A stretch of 64,000 nt of DNA from NCBI GenBank assembly GCA_951406725.2, contig OX597825.1, positions 41,354,001 to 41,418,000 of the forward strand, given 5' to 3'. Shown piece after piece: positions 25,076 through 38,500 of this stretch (the first letter of the stretch is position 1; every line of letters begins with the position of its first letter). The position numbers and the translations under genes are program-made. This stretch comes from Octopus vulgaris. Lineage: Eukaryota. The notes under the pieces were generated by a model. The model saw only the letters and a program-made list of their open reading frames with translations, did not search any database and had not been told where the DNA came from.

Positions 25076-26471
25076 CATATGCGCTGGGGAATTACCTCCT
25101 TCTGTCAGTCATTAAGACAGTACTTTGTGGCTTTTGAGTTTTAACTTTTATTTTTAGCAAAAGTGGTGCTAGTTAGTACCTTCTGTCACTTTTGTGACCT
25201 CTCTCTCTCTCTCAACATATATATGTATATATATATACACACACACAAACATACTAACTCATATTTAAACATACATGCATTCATTTATAAATATATGTTC
25301 ACATCCAAAATATATATGGCTATGATATACAAAGATGATAAAAATCAATTTTGAACATACAGGCACACTCATAAAATTGCTCATGCACACAAAACATAGA
25401 TTCACACACATATACAAAAACACAGAAATAATCCTACATATATTTATATATATGCGTAAGTAGCAACTATGCACATCAAGATATATGCATACACATATAA
25501 TGTTCCTTATTAGTGTTTTGAACACTAGGAAATAGTGTAATAAATTGGCTATAGTCATTATTTAAATTGACTGGTGTGGAAGAAACATCTACTTTCCAGG
25601 GGAGGAATTCAAATTAAGATTAGTCTTTTGAATATATAGAATTCAGTACACTACACTACAGCAGGAAATCCTAAATAGGTTGGCATAATGCCAGATAATT
25701 TCATTAAAAGAAAATGATAATTCTTTGAGGAAATAGTTTTTCATTACATTAGGAAATTCTTCATTGCAGAAATAAAGAAAAACTATAGAGAACCTAAGAA
25801 GTAATGATACAGAGAAATAGAAAGGGAGAAAAGAGCAAGAGAAAAGAAAAGAAGACAAGAGAGAAAGAAAAAAGAAGGGAGTGAAAGGGAATTTGATGTT
25901 ATATTATTATGGTAGTACTTCAGCTGAAATCACAACTTAGCAAATCACTTGGTCACTATTGCCAGTCACTTTACCACGTATAAGTCCATATTAATTTTGT
26001 TGATGGTCTGTATTGTAGAATTTTGTTAAGCTTTCATTGACTGAGAGGTTAAAATTGACATTATAGATGCTAGTCATTAATATAACACAGATCAATATTC
26101 TGCTTCTTATCATCTTCTTCTGAGTGAGACTTTGAATCATTTGGTGGATACACAAAATTTATATGTAGAATATATGAGCAAATATGAAACAGTTATGAAT
26201 AAGAATATCAGTTTTATTGCTTGCTTCTTCTATTATCATTCTATTCACATTCGGGATGCATAATGGTCCTGTGACTTCCTTTTGTTGAATAATTCTGAGT
26301 TTGAAGAAAACATATTTTCAGTATATTAATGAATGTTCAAGTTCAGTATAGTTGTGAACTAACCAAGAATACCAGATTACATATGAAATATAAACTTCTA
26401 ACAATATTAAAACAAAATCACACAAGTACATTCAGTACAGAAATAACATATAACATGAAATAACCTATATA

Positions 26472-26520
<49 letters not shown>

Positions 26521-26704
26521 CACATACACACGCATATATGTATGTGTCTTCTATTTTTAATTATTATAAATCTTCTACTGAGGAGAGAGCTGGTTTCCAA
26601 CATAGATACAAGGCTCCATCTTCGGGATGTATGTATGTATGTATGCGTATATGTGTGTGTATCTATATATATAAAACAGAAACTGTCTGTGTGTGTATGT
26701 GTGT

Positions 26705-27990
26705 ATCCATAATTAAATCATTTCATGATGGGATTGAGGCTTGGGTCAATGTTGGTGGTGGCATGACAGGACCCATTCCTGTAGAGAATGCTGTCAAGCA
26801 GGGTAACATCCTTGCGCCAACTCTCTTTTCTTTGTACTTTGCTGTTGCTTTTACTCATACTTTTGCTAATGTTAGCTCTTTGGGAATATATGTCAGGTGT
26901 CGATCTTCTGGCCACCTTTTTAATCTGTTCCAGTTTGCTGCCAGTTCCCAAATTTTCCAGTCTCTTATTCATGACCTCCTTTATGCAGATAACTGTGACT
27001 TAGTCACCCATACAGTGGATGACATGCAAATACTTATGAATTGTATTTCTGCTTCTTGCAAGGCATTTGGACTTGGCATAAGTCTGAACAAGACTGTTGT
27101 AATGTTTCAGGCTGCACCAGGATATCCATATGTGGAACCAGCAATTTTGGTTGGAGGAATAATACTGAAAGTCGTAAACGAGTTTGTTTACCTGGGCAGC
27201 ACACTCAGCCATTCTTGTTCCCTGAATGATGAAATATCTTTCAGGCTGCAGAGAGCAACTGATTCCTTCTGGTCTCTTCAGTTTCATATCTGGTCCCAGC
27301 ATGGCATCACAAGGCAAACAAAAGTTGCTGTGTACAGTACATGTGTACTGACATCTCTCCTTTACTCATGTTAGACATGGACCCTTTACAAACGTCATGT
27401 AAAAGTTTTTCAACACTTTCATCAGAGATATCTGAGACACATTATGAATGTTGGCTGGACCTTAACATCTCCAGACATACAACAAGTCCTGAGGAAAGCT
27501 GATATTTTGAGTAAGGAGGCAATGGTGCACAAGCACCAGTTACATTGGGCTGGACACCTTATTAGAATGAAGGCTAGCAAGATCCCGAAATAGATGCTTT
27601 AAGAGGAACTTGTTAGTGAAAAGAGACCCCAGCGAAAACCACGGCTGTGATTTAAGAACTGTGTCAAGTCCTCATTAAAGGCCTGTGATACACAGGAGAC
27701 TGACTGGGAGAGCAATGCCTGTCATCGCCATAGATGGAGGAAGCAGGTTAAGGAGGGGGTCGTCAGCTTTGAAAGAGCACATAGTCAGCATGAAGAATTT
27801 AAATTCGCTGCTCAAAAGCACATTGCTAGCTTAGTGAATGGTGAAAGCTTGCTTTGCAATGTTTGTAGTTATGTATGCTTGTCAAGAGCAGGGTGCATTA
27901 GCCAACAATGCAAAATATAAGTTAGTCCTAGAGCACACATTTTTCTTAAAGGTCAGCAATGGAGTTCCTCAGTCATGAGTGGACAGCCAT
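26705..27990 (+). pseudogene. 5'-truncated LINE (RTE/BovB-like, second family): RT and C-terminus
   Basis: VKQGNILAPTLF, LLYADNC, ISLNKT, FVYLGS and LLYSC*TW, then HQLHWAGHLIRM. The ORF N-terminus is microsatellite read-through. Confidence 0.9.
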
Positions 27991-28239
27991 CATGTATGTA
28001 TGTATATATGAGATTTGTTATTGATACATCTTTACAAGGTGCTACATAAATGATTTGTTTAGAATGCAATATACTAACATTATATTCCAGTACATACACT
28101 CACAATAATGTATTCACATTCATATGATGCATGTGTATAGACCAGAATCACCATAGAGTAAAATGCAATTATTGAATAACAAAGAAAAACAAAAGAAATT
28201 CATTTAATTGCATCAATAATGCTGAGAATCGAATGAATG

Positions 28240-29116
28240 ACAGGGTACCCAAAAGTAACTGGAAACGTTCTCTATGGGACAAGTCTTTTGCAGTTAAGGC
28301 TTTCCCCACTAGAAGCTACTAGATTTAACCCTTAGGTATCAGTCTGATGACCAGCAGCATCTGGTGAGGTCACGTGGCGCATCTTTGTTTTGCAATGCTT
28401 CTCCTCTGTTCATTGATTTTTGCAATGACTGAAACAAAGAAATAGAGTGCTTCCATGAAATTCTTCTTTTTGGCTGGGGAAAAACAGGAGCTGAAACAGT
28501 TGTCATGCTTCAAACAGCCTCCAAGGACGCTGCCATGAGTAAAACACAAGTTTACAAGTGATCTTCATGCTTTAGGAATGGTTACTTGTCGCTTGAAAAC
28601 CAACCCCATTCAGAGTGACTGTCAACCTCCCAAACAAATGAAAACATTAGGAAAATTCATCTTGGAGGACCGTCGCCAAACAATTGACAAACTTGTTAGT
28701 ATGACTAGTGTGTTTTGGAGATTCTGCCAACAAATTTTGAGTGCAGAATTGCAAATGAAAAGAGTTGCAGTAAAATTTCTGCCTCACCCATGGAAAATCA
28801 AAAGTAGTCAGGATTGGATGCATGTCATGAACTGAAAGAAAAGTTGGAAGTTGATCCAGGCCTTTTTTTGAAGGTCATCACTGGTGATGAAAGTTGCTGC
28901 TATGGAATTTGAAGATGTGGAAGAGATGAAGAAAAAATCAATGAAGGCATTAAAAGGTATCCCTTTGCAAGGATTCTAGCACTGCTTTGAACAGTGGAAA
29001 ACATATCTGGACCAATGCATTGGTTCAAATGAAGAATACTTTGAAGGTGATAAAAGTGTAAACATGTAAAATTGCATAAAATGATATTGCAGAATTCTGG
29101 TTTCTTTTGGGTAGCA
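28240..29116 (+). mobile_element. Internally deleted mariner element with both TIRs
   Basis: gggtacccaaaagtaactggaa and ttctggtttcttttgggtag are inverted. Motifs MSKTQVYK, MKRVAVKFLPH and VITGDES. Confidence 0.8.
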
Positions 29117-29626
29117 TTGCATTAATTACTTCAGAGACAGATGAAATGAAATCACTTCAGAAGTGATCACAAGAGCATCAGATACCATATGTCTCGGGTA
29201 ATTTCATTTTGTCTAGCCCTGATATATATACTATGTTTTTAACACAATACATCTTTAACACTATACTGTACGTCTTTAAAGGGGTCTTTTCTGGATAAAC
29301 ATCTCCATTTTCTGGTATTAAAACATGTGTTCAATAAATATGTTGCATTGATAATACTTACACTATAGAGTTGCTTATATTGCATTATCTCAATTCAAGT
29401 AATGTTATACTACTTCAGTCATTTCGACTCTGGAAATATGATAGGATGTTAATCTTTCCCAATGCAATGAGTAATATCCCGTTTTAAGAAGCTTACATAC
29501 TGAACAAAGGTAATTAAATTAATCTGTTCCATTTTCTTTAGATATTTAATCATTACATACATGCATCACTCTCTCTCTCTCTCTTTCTCTCTCTGTATAT
29601 ATACACATACATATATATATATGTAT

Positions 29627-30015
29627 ATGTGGAAGCACTCCGTTAGTTACGATGATGAGGGTTCCGGTTGATCCGAATCAATGGAACAGCCTGCTCGTGA
29701 AATTAACGTGTAAGTGGCTGAGCACTCCACAGACACGTGCACCCTTAACGTAGTTCTCGGGGATATTCAGCATGACACAGAGAGTGACAAGGCCGGCCCT
29801 TGAAATACAGGTACAACAGAAAGAGGAAGTAAGAGTGAGAGAAAGTTGTGGTGAAAGAGTACAGCAGGGATCACCACCATCCCCTGCCGGAGCCTCGTGG
29901 AGCTTTTTTAGGTGTTTTCGCTCAATAAACACTCACAACGCCCGGTCTGGGAATCGAAACCGCGATCCTATGACCGCAAGTCTGCTGCTCTAACCACTGG
30001 GCCATTGTGCCTCCC
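29627..30015 (-). mobile_element. tRNA-derived SINE family C
   Basis: Minus-strand head ggaggcacaatggcccagtggttagagc...ggtttcgattccc has A and B boxes. Flanked by (TA)n. Confidence 0.8.
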
Positions 30016-30017
30016 TA

Positions 30018-30076
<59 letters not shown>

Positions 30077-30194
30077 GTATGTATATATATATATATGTAT
30101 GTATGCATATATATATATATATATGTATGTATGTATGTGTATGTATATTATATATATATATATATGTATATATGTATATATATGTATGCATGTG

Positions 30195-30233
<39 letters not shown>

Positions 30234-30235
30234 AT
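30016..30235. repeat. Compound (TA)n/(TATG)n microsatellite
   Basis: Directly visible. Confidence 0.95.
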
Positions 30236-30236
30236 T

Positions 30237-30462
30237 TAAGGTGGTGAGCTGGCAGAAGCATTAGCACGCTGGGCGAAATGCTTAACGGTACTTCGTCTGC
30301 TGCTACGTTCTGACTTCAAGTTCCGCCGAGGTCGACTTTGCCTTTCATCCTTTCGGGGTCGATAAATTAAGAACCAGTCATGCACTGGGGTCGATGTAAT
30401 CGACTTAATCCGTTTGTCCTTGTTTGTCCCCTCTGTGTTTAGCCCCTTGTGGTAGTAAAGAA
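30237..30462 (+). mobile_element. SINE family A, young CpG-rich copy
   Basis: ggtgagctggcagaa...gttcaag..ccgccgaggtcgactttgcctttcatcctttcggggtcgataaa-type sequence with CpGs retained. Confidence 0.85.
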
Positions 30463-30494
<32 letters not shown>

Positions 30495-30646
30495 CCTTTA
30501 AGTTCATTTACAGAAAACATTTTTGAGTATGTATATAAAAGTTCCTATTTTATTATGCTGGCTACAGCCTTATGATACCAATGCGCAATAGCAGTTTTAT
30601 AGGGTTGTACTGAGCTGTGCCAATATAATGCTGGATAAATATAGCA

Positions 30647-30810
30647 ATAATAATAATAAGAAGAAGAAGAAGAAGAAGAAAAAGAAGAAGAAGAAGAAGA
30701 AGAAGAAGAAAAAGAAGAAAAAGAAGAAGAAGAAGAAGAAGAAGAAGAAGAAGGAGAAGAAGAAGAAGAAGAAGAAGAAGAAGAAGAAGAAGGATAAGAT
30801 GAAGAAGAAT
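30647..30810. repeat. (AAT)n followed by a (GAA)n microsatellite
   Basis: Directly visible. Source of the poly-K, poly-F and poly-S ORFs. Confidence 0.95.
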
Positions 30811-31102
30811 CTGTGCTTGGAATGTAAAAACATTTTAATCTATTACTATGCACGTTTCCACCTATCACATGTTTCTTATGATCATTGTCTGTATTCCTGG
30901 GATGATCACATTACTGTCCATAATATCACGGGACATGTATGGATATATTACAGACAGTACTTTAATCATCCCAGGAATACAGATGATGATGATCATAAGA
31001 AACATGTGATTTATGGCAAATGCACATAGGGATGCATTAAAATATTTATAAATTTCATCCATGGATTATTATCATTATTGTCTGTTTTACTACATGTACA
31101 TT

Positions 31103-31150
<48 letters not shown>

Positions 31151-31194
31151 TATATATACACATACATACATAAATATATGTTTATTTTTTCAAT

Positions 31195-31597
31195 ACTCTT
31201 TTACTCTTTTACTTGTTTCAGTCATTTGACTGCGGCCATGCTGGAGCACCACCTTTAGTCGAGCAAATCGCCCCTGGGACTTATTCTTTGTAAGCCTAGT
31301 ACTTATTCTATCGGTCTCTTTTGCCGAACCGCTAAGTGACGGGAACGTAAACACACCAGCATTGGTTGTCAAGCAATGCTAAGGGGACAAACACAGACAC
31401 ACAAACACACACACATACACTCATAAATATATATATACATATATATACAACAGGCTTCTTTCAGTTTCCATCTACCAAATCCACTCACAAGGTTTTGGTT
31501 GGCCCGGGGCTATAGCAGAAGACACTTGCCCAAGATGCCATGCAGTGGGACTGAACCCGGAACCATGTGGTTTGTTAGGAAGCTACTTACCACACAA
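31195..31597 (-). mobile_element. SINE family B, near full length (tRNA-like head, internal microsatellite)
   Basis: Reverse complement of 45488-45895. Confidence 0.88.
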
Positions 31598-32109
31598 ATA
31601 ACATGGAAAAAAACAAATAAATAGTTACTAAGGGAGCAAAATTTCACATAAGAGCCAAGGATATTACAGCTTACTTATAAACGTAGAAATTCCAGGGTTA
31701 AGTGAAATGTTTTTGTATAACATAGATAAATTAAGAAAATGAGTCAAATGTAGGTGTTATTCAAATCTTTATACTTCCGACATATGTCTTGAAGAAAACA
31801 TTGATATTATTCAGGAAGGAATAAAATGATGTAAAACAATGCAATCATCTTGTCAGGGAAAAACAAAGAAACAAAACACATCAATAAGCCATTTTAACCA
31901 AATATGATTACCCCATATATAATGACAGAAAATTAAGAGTGGAGAAATATAGTGTGATAGATGAATGGGAATATTGCTTAAAATCGTGGAAATAGATATA
32001 TATAAAGGAAATTGAAATGTAAGAAAACAGTTAAAGGTCAAATTTTATAGATTGGTAGAAATTACTTATAGGAAATAAAGGTATGTTTTTGCCAATGTCT
32101 ACAACAATA

Positions 32110-32870
32110 AACATGTTCTTTAAAGATGTTTACAAGAGAATTCTCTGAGAACAGGTCCAACAAAGTCAATCGGCTCCAGAAAGTCAATAAGAACCATTGC
32201 AAAGGACCTCAAGGTTTCAGAATGCACCCTTGGAAGAGTTGTGCATGAGGAAATCTGGTACAAGTCGAATGTGATGTGGAGGACCTAGTTTATGCTGAAT
32301 GTCAAAAGAGAGAATGGTTTGATCCATGTAAAGTGCTTGCTAAACAAGTTAAATCACCAAGAGAAAATCCTCTGTCAAGACCAGAATGTAAACTGAAGAA
32401 ATGACAGATGCTTATGCAGAGACTTGATGGTTCTGGGAGTCATCAGCAATGAGTTAGTTGTCATGCCTCCTCATATTTTTTTTACTTAAGAGTCAATACT
32501 ACTGTCTACACAGGAATACTGGAGAAAATTGTGTGTCCCTGGATAGTCAGAGTATGCAACAGAAGATCGTACATCTTCCAACAAGACTCTGTGCCATCTC
32601 ATATGGCTAGAACAGCTCAAATGTGGATGTGAGCCAATCTCTGATTATGTTCTCACAGTCACATGGGCCCCTAGGTCACCCTAGGTCTCAATCCACTGGA
32701 CTATTATGTATGGGGCATAGTTGAGAGAGATGATAATGAAATCCACCCACCCCATAATACCATGCAATCTCTCAAGTCTGCCTTAACCAGCACTATGTCC
32801 AAAATTGATGAAGACTTTCTGATGAAGGCATGTCAGCTTTTGATCCTGTATTCAAGCAGCCATTGGATTC
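32110..32870 (+). pseudogene. Degraded Tc1/mariner-superfamily transposase (possibly maT/DD37D-like)
   Basis: YIFQQDSVPSHMA and WAPRSP..LNPLDYYVWGIVE motifs, with stops and frameshifts. Confidence 0.75.
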
Positions 32871-33044
32871 ATAGCATAGGTGTCATAAAAGGGTTCCCAA
32901 GATTATTTGTACCAATTTGTTTTCAAATACAGCGTTTTTCTTTTTGATGACCTAAGCATTCTTTTTCTAAATTCAAATAAATGACATCAGTCAGAACACT
33001 GACACATCCTATACCGCACACACACACACACACACACATATATA

Positions 33045-33428
33045 GGTACAGATATGGTTGTGTGATAAGAAGCTTGCTTCTCAACCTCATGGTTCCGGGT
33101 TCAATCCCACTGTATGGCACCTTGGGTAAATGCCTTCTACTATAGCCTCGAGTGGATTTGGTAGACGGGAACTGAAAAGAAGCCCATTGTATATATATAT
33201 ATGTATGTGTGTGTGTATGTATGTGTGTATGTATGTATATTTATGTGTGGGTGTCTGTGTTTGTCCACCCACCATTGCTTGACAACCGATGTTGGTGTGT
33301 TTATCTCCCCTAAACTTAGCAGTTTGGCAAAAGAGACTGATAGAATAAGTACAAAGAATAAGATCTGGGGTCAATTTCTTTGGCTAAAGGTGGTCTTCCA
33401 GCATGGCCACAATCAAATGACTGAAACA
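33045..33428 (+). mobile_element. SINE family B copy
   Basis: Colinear with 45488-45895. Confidence 0.85.
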
Positions 33429-33480
33429 TTTGATACACATACACTCACACACACATGCACACATGCGTACACGTGCATGT

Positions 33481-33526
<46 letters not shown>

Positions 33527-33939
33527 ATTGCTTGAAACAATGTTCCTAACATCCAGCTTGCAGTCTCTTAATTCCACAGTTACTTTATATAGGAAAATCA
33601 AAGCCTTTTGATAGAAATTATTTAATTAGATTATTTAAAGTGAAATTTATCTTCTCTACAGAATCTTCATTATAATTATTTTACATATTCGTACCAAAAA
33701 AGAAAGTCTTATTGAGAAAGTTTGGGTAGCTATTTCCTCCGTCCTAACTCTAAATCCTAACTAGACGAATACAAAGATTGAGGTAAATTACCTACAGATG
33801 CCATTCATATAAAGCACAATAGCTGAGTGACTGTTAAATTACCTAAAGCAGTAAGAAAAAATTTTGAATATTCAGAATTGCCATTTCAATGGCAAAATGA
33901 AATTATAAGCTCGGTTGATAATGCGATTAAATTTTTTAG

Positions 33940-34130
33940 TTGCCAAGCTGGCAGTATCACTAGCAAGCTGAACAAAATTTTGTTCTGAGTTCAAATTCTG
34001 CCAAGGTCAATTTTGCCTTTCATCCATTTGGGGTTGATGAAATAAATACTAGCCAAGCACTGGAAATGATGTAATTGACTACCCACTCCTCTAAAATTGC
34101 TGGCCTTATGCCAAAATTTGAAACCAATAA
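33940..34130 (+). mobile_element. SINE family A copy
   Basis: gagttcaaattctgccaaggtcaattttgcctttcatcc core. Confidence 0.75.
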
Positions 34131-35551
34131 CGTGAATTAAGCTTAATTAAGGATAAAGGCTGACAACTCCAAAGTACTGAATTACACATTTGCTGAACCT
34201 CTATAATAAAGATTTTCTATCAACAGATATGGGAAAAAACAAGAAAATTCTATCTATCTGTGTTTTAAAGAGGTCTAATAACACTGAAACATGTCCAAAC
34301 TTTTCTGGATAATTAGGTCTGAGAATTACTTCAATGTAATGCATTGGTTAGCCATTTAAAAATTTTCCATGCAATAAAATAACAATCTACATGAGTTACT
34401 TTTTTGCAACAATGTAGTTGAAGTAGGAATTATTTTGAAGTTCAGCTACAGGCATGTATTTGCAGTATATAACTAGAGAAAAAAGTGTTTACAACAAATA
34501 AAATGCATGAAGTTACTGTGACATAACTGATTATTTACAATGGTAATGACTAATTAACTGATAATACAATATGATTTGAGGCAGAGATATTCAAACTGAT
34601 ATGGAGAAAGATTCCTATGGAAGATTCCATGAGAGATTCAATAAAGGAATAAATGTTGCTTGGTTGCATTCATAACATTTATGACCAATATTAAATCTTT
34701 CCTTTCAGAATGGTTTATACTTTGATCACACTATCAGCCTCATGTTTTCATCAGAACCAGTATTTGATTTGTATATTCTTCAATCATTTTCAAATGCCAC
34801 TTAATTACATATTTAGCTTGGCTGGTTTAGAACTCATGAACATTTATTCTACATTCCCTTTTGCATTATCTAATTTAAACAGGAAAGATATTGCATCTAT
34901 CTTTAAGACTTTTATCAAATGGTAAAATTATATTCTCTATTACGAGCCATCAAGTCAAGGTTTGGATTGCTGCCAAATGCAATCTAATGGAAAAACATTC
35001 ATTTCTTCCTGTCAGTCTACTTTTCTTTCACAGAAATTTCAAATTACTTAAATAATCCTAAAGGGGAACTGAAAGACTGATATTTAGCTCATGTTTTAAT
35101 GATATAAAGCAGTTGAAGGATAGAGAGTGACCTCCAGAAAAAACAACACAAATAAAAACAGCAGCCTATCTCAGGCAGCATTCACAGACCTGGCACATCT
35201 TCCTGATAGTTATTTCAAGTTTATAGAAGGAAGTGTACAACTTAAATACAAAATACTACACTCACAAAAGATTTCATGTTAAAACTTTTCAGCTGGAAGT
35301 CTGCTACCGTATACACTTGGCTATTTTGCATAACTGGTTGTAATATTGCTTTAGAAATTCTTGTAGAAACACATTTTTTAAGGAGAAATTTATTGCAAAA
35401 GGTACAGAAATATTTGTTACTCATTTTAGTTTTTAACATAAAAGAGAATTTTCTTTTTATTTATATATTATATGCTACAAAAATGGTTGTCTGTGTACAA
35501 ATCTACAAGAACAGAATTTGGCATCTGGAAAGAGAATGTCAAGGAAAGAGA

Positions 35552-35593
<42 letters not shown>

Positions 35594-38500
35594 AGGGAGA
35601 GAGAGAGAGAGAGAGAGGAGGGCACAGACACACAGACAAACAGAGAAGAGAGAGAAAAGGAGGGAGAGTGATGTGTGTGCATGTCTGTATACTTGTATGT
35701 ATGTATAAACGAATATATATGTACAAACATATACTTCATATATTACAAACACAATTACACATTCAAATATCTGGATATGTGTATGTAAATAGAAGACAAA
35801 GTACACATGTTCAGTAGTTGTTATTTATTTGAAGTTTTGTTTAGACATTGTCATCATTCAGAGTTTCTTGATATACAAAGCAACTGCCAAATAAAGCAAC
35901 ACATAGACACACATGCTACAATAGACAAAGGAACTGCAGTTATTTATTGATATTTTTTGTTTAAAATATGTAGAACTATTATAGTTATGTAGAAACTGAA
36001 AACTTACTAAGTATATTAATGAAACAAAACAATGCAGATATTCTTGGTTTATTGCTGATACTATAATGCCTTTATTTATTACAATAGTCTCATGGATAAA
36101 TATGCATTTATAAATGTGAATGACTACTTAGGGCATTGCACAAAATTTAAATAACTAAATGTGTCTGAAAAAATATTGCAATATATGCTATTGAGGATTT
36201 TGATTTGATAACTATTATTATTATCACATCTCTACAAGTATTACAGATATTTCAATGTTAGCTTTTCATTTTATAGGTTTTAAGATCAATGTTTTAAAAA
36301 GCCTTTATAATGATGTGGAGAAGTCTTGCTAAATAAATCTAAGGAAATTTAAATTGTATTTATTCCCGAGTAAAGTACAAAAAAGATTAGGTTGCTAAAA
36401 GAATTTTTTACCCTTTTTCTGTCACTAGGTTTTGCTTTAATGACTTGAGTACCACCTTTAAATGGTTTATAAAATTCAATCAATTCCAGGACTTATTTTC
36501 CTCTGGTACTACTTAGATATTTATAATTGTCAAATTATAAAAGGATACACCAGAAACAACACTGGTTCTTATGCAGATGCACAGCTAAGCAAATACACAC
36601 ACATCATATATACATAAATACACATACACACACACACACATCATCTGGTTACAAAGTGAGATTCTTAGCACATGTTATCAATAACATACAATAAATTAAA
36701 GTTGTTTGTATTTCAACACGATATTATATAAAGCATTGGAATAGTACATGCATTAGAAGAATTGGTACAGACTATCTCATGGTTTTGTTTACAATTCCAT
36801 AAAATGACATTAGCCTATAGTCCTAAGTTGACTTACTCTTTTTTGATTAAAACTGTGAAGACAAAAAAAGTGCTATTTAGGCTACAAATTTACATGTGGA
36901 ATAGATTATACATATTCTTAAAAGTAGACTTAATCACCTGGTTTAATGCCACCAGTTGGTCCTTGTTGGCTTTAGCAATGACTAATCTGTTGCAAGTATT
37001 TCAACCAGACCTCTTATCTGAAGCGGATTCATTGAAGTTGTGATGTTTCTATCATACCAACTAAGTTGTGGATTCTTCCATCCTTCTCTTAGTCTCATGT
37101 GTTCTTTAAAATGAGTGATTCCTTTCATACCCTGGCTAAGTTTTTATAAATTAGCAAAACAAAACTAAGAGAATAGGTACCAAAACTTTTGGGTTATTTA
37201 TTAATAACTGATGTGTGACTTAGCAAAGGAGAAATTTAGTTTTCCTTGAAGTATGCTACAGGAACTAGATCTATATTCTAGCTTTATAAATTTCTGATTT
37301 TCCAGAATATAATGTCAAACAAGATTCTATGGGGTGGTACTTAGCTCATTTTTAGCTCTATCTATGTCATTCCTTGATTACAATGTCATACTTCAGATTA
37401 CATGGCCACAGAATCTGGTACTTATTTTCAAAATTTAGCAGAACAGAGGTATATGGAATTAAGAGGACTTCTCAAATACACCAATGAGAAAATCCTCTAG
37501 TCATTTTGAATCTGAAATCATTCAGCTATAGCAGTTTATCATCATATTCAATGAGCCATTTTATGAACCATTCTGATTTTTGAGGCCTTTTAGTTAAACA
37601 TTTACATTGTGAAGCATAACGTTTTTTATGGGTTTTTTTAGTTTTTTCTTTGTTTTTTGTTTTGATTGATCAGCTTTCAGTTATGAAGGCTGTTTAAATA
37701 TTTATGTAATTTACATAGAGACCTTTAATGCACATACCAATAAAATTTTCTAAAGTTTTCTTTAACAAACTCATTGCAATCTGAAATATTCATTAATCAC
37801 TATATTCATAAATTATTTATTTTTAAAGTCTTAGATTTATCAGGCAACTCCACATCATGTCTCAGTTTTACATAATAATGTTGTTTTGCTTCTCCACATG
37901 GCTTCTAGTTGATACAGAAATGATTGTTGTATAGAACCTGGCCAGGCCTCAGCAAGCAGACTAGTGATCTCAAAGGAACGTCATGCTATCTTTGATCATA
38001 CTGCCTTGTATTTAGACACATTGGATCTAAGATTTCAATATCTGAAATATCCTTTTGAAAAATGTAGAGTATTATTAGAGGAGGGAATATTTGTTACTAA
38101 GCATAGTGGGATGAGTGACTGCACAGAGAGGCTTCCTTATTGGTCTGAAGGAATATCATAGTTGATTGCATTGGTTCTAGTTCATTTGGAACAGTAAAAA
38201 AGAAAGTTGATCCTAGTAAGATTTGAACTTTAAAACGAGAAGGATGAAATTAAATACAATACTTCATTGGATCTGATAGAACAGACTCTCAACCACCTGC
38301 ATCACTTTCAATTCAAGATAAATTATAAAATATGAATTACAGATTTAGCAGCCACTAATGTATTATGGAACATAAATGTGTTCAGATACCTTGGATGAAA
38401 CAAGTAACTTATTTGTCATGCTATTTATAGAAAAACTTGAAGGCACTTACCTCTCGATAAGCATGGTTGCTTGTTTGCATGCATTATGGAATGGACAGTC

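Larger units (their letters stand above)
24546..25199. mobile_element. PLE-pLTR/retrozyme-like insert: an inverted copy followed by a terminally redundant ~330-nt unit
   Basis: 24546-24660 is inverted at 24806-24918, and 24597-24805 is inverted at 24997-25199. Direct repeat 24806-24868 / 25139-25199. Confidence 0.85.

Noticed and set aside
29940-30015. tRNA gene (also at 53055 and 45490)
   Set aside because: The A and B boxes belong to SINE heads that continue into repeat bodies. No complete cloverleaf or acceptor stem.
30007-31029. Long ORFs rich in YI, VC, HT, poly-K, poly-F or poly-S, here and at ~16100, 19500, 35500, 46200, 48540, 54800-56000 and 62280
   Set aside because: They are translations of microsatellites and are open in several frames and on both strands.
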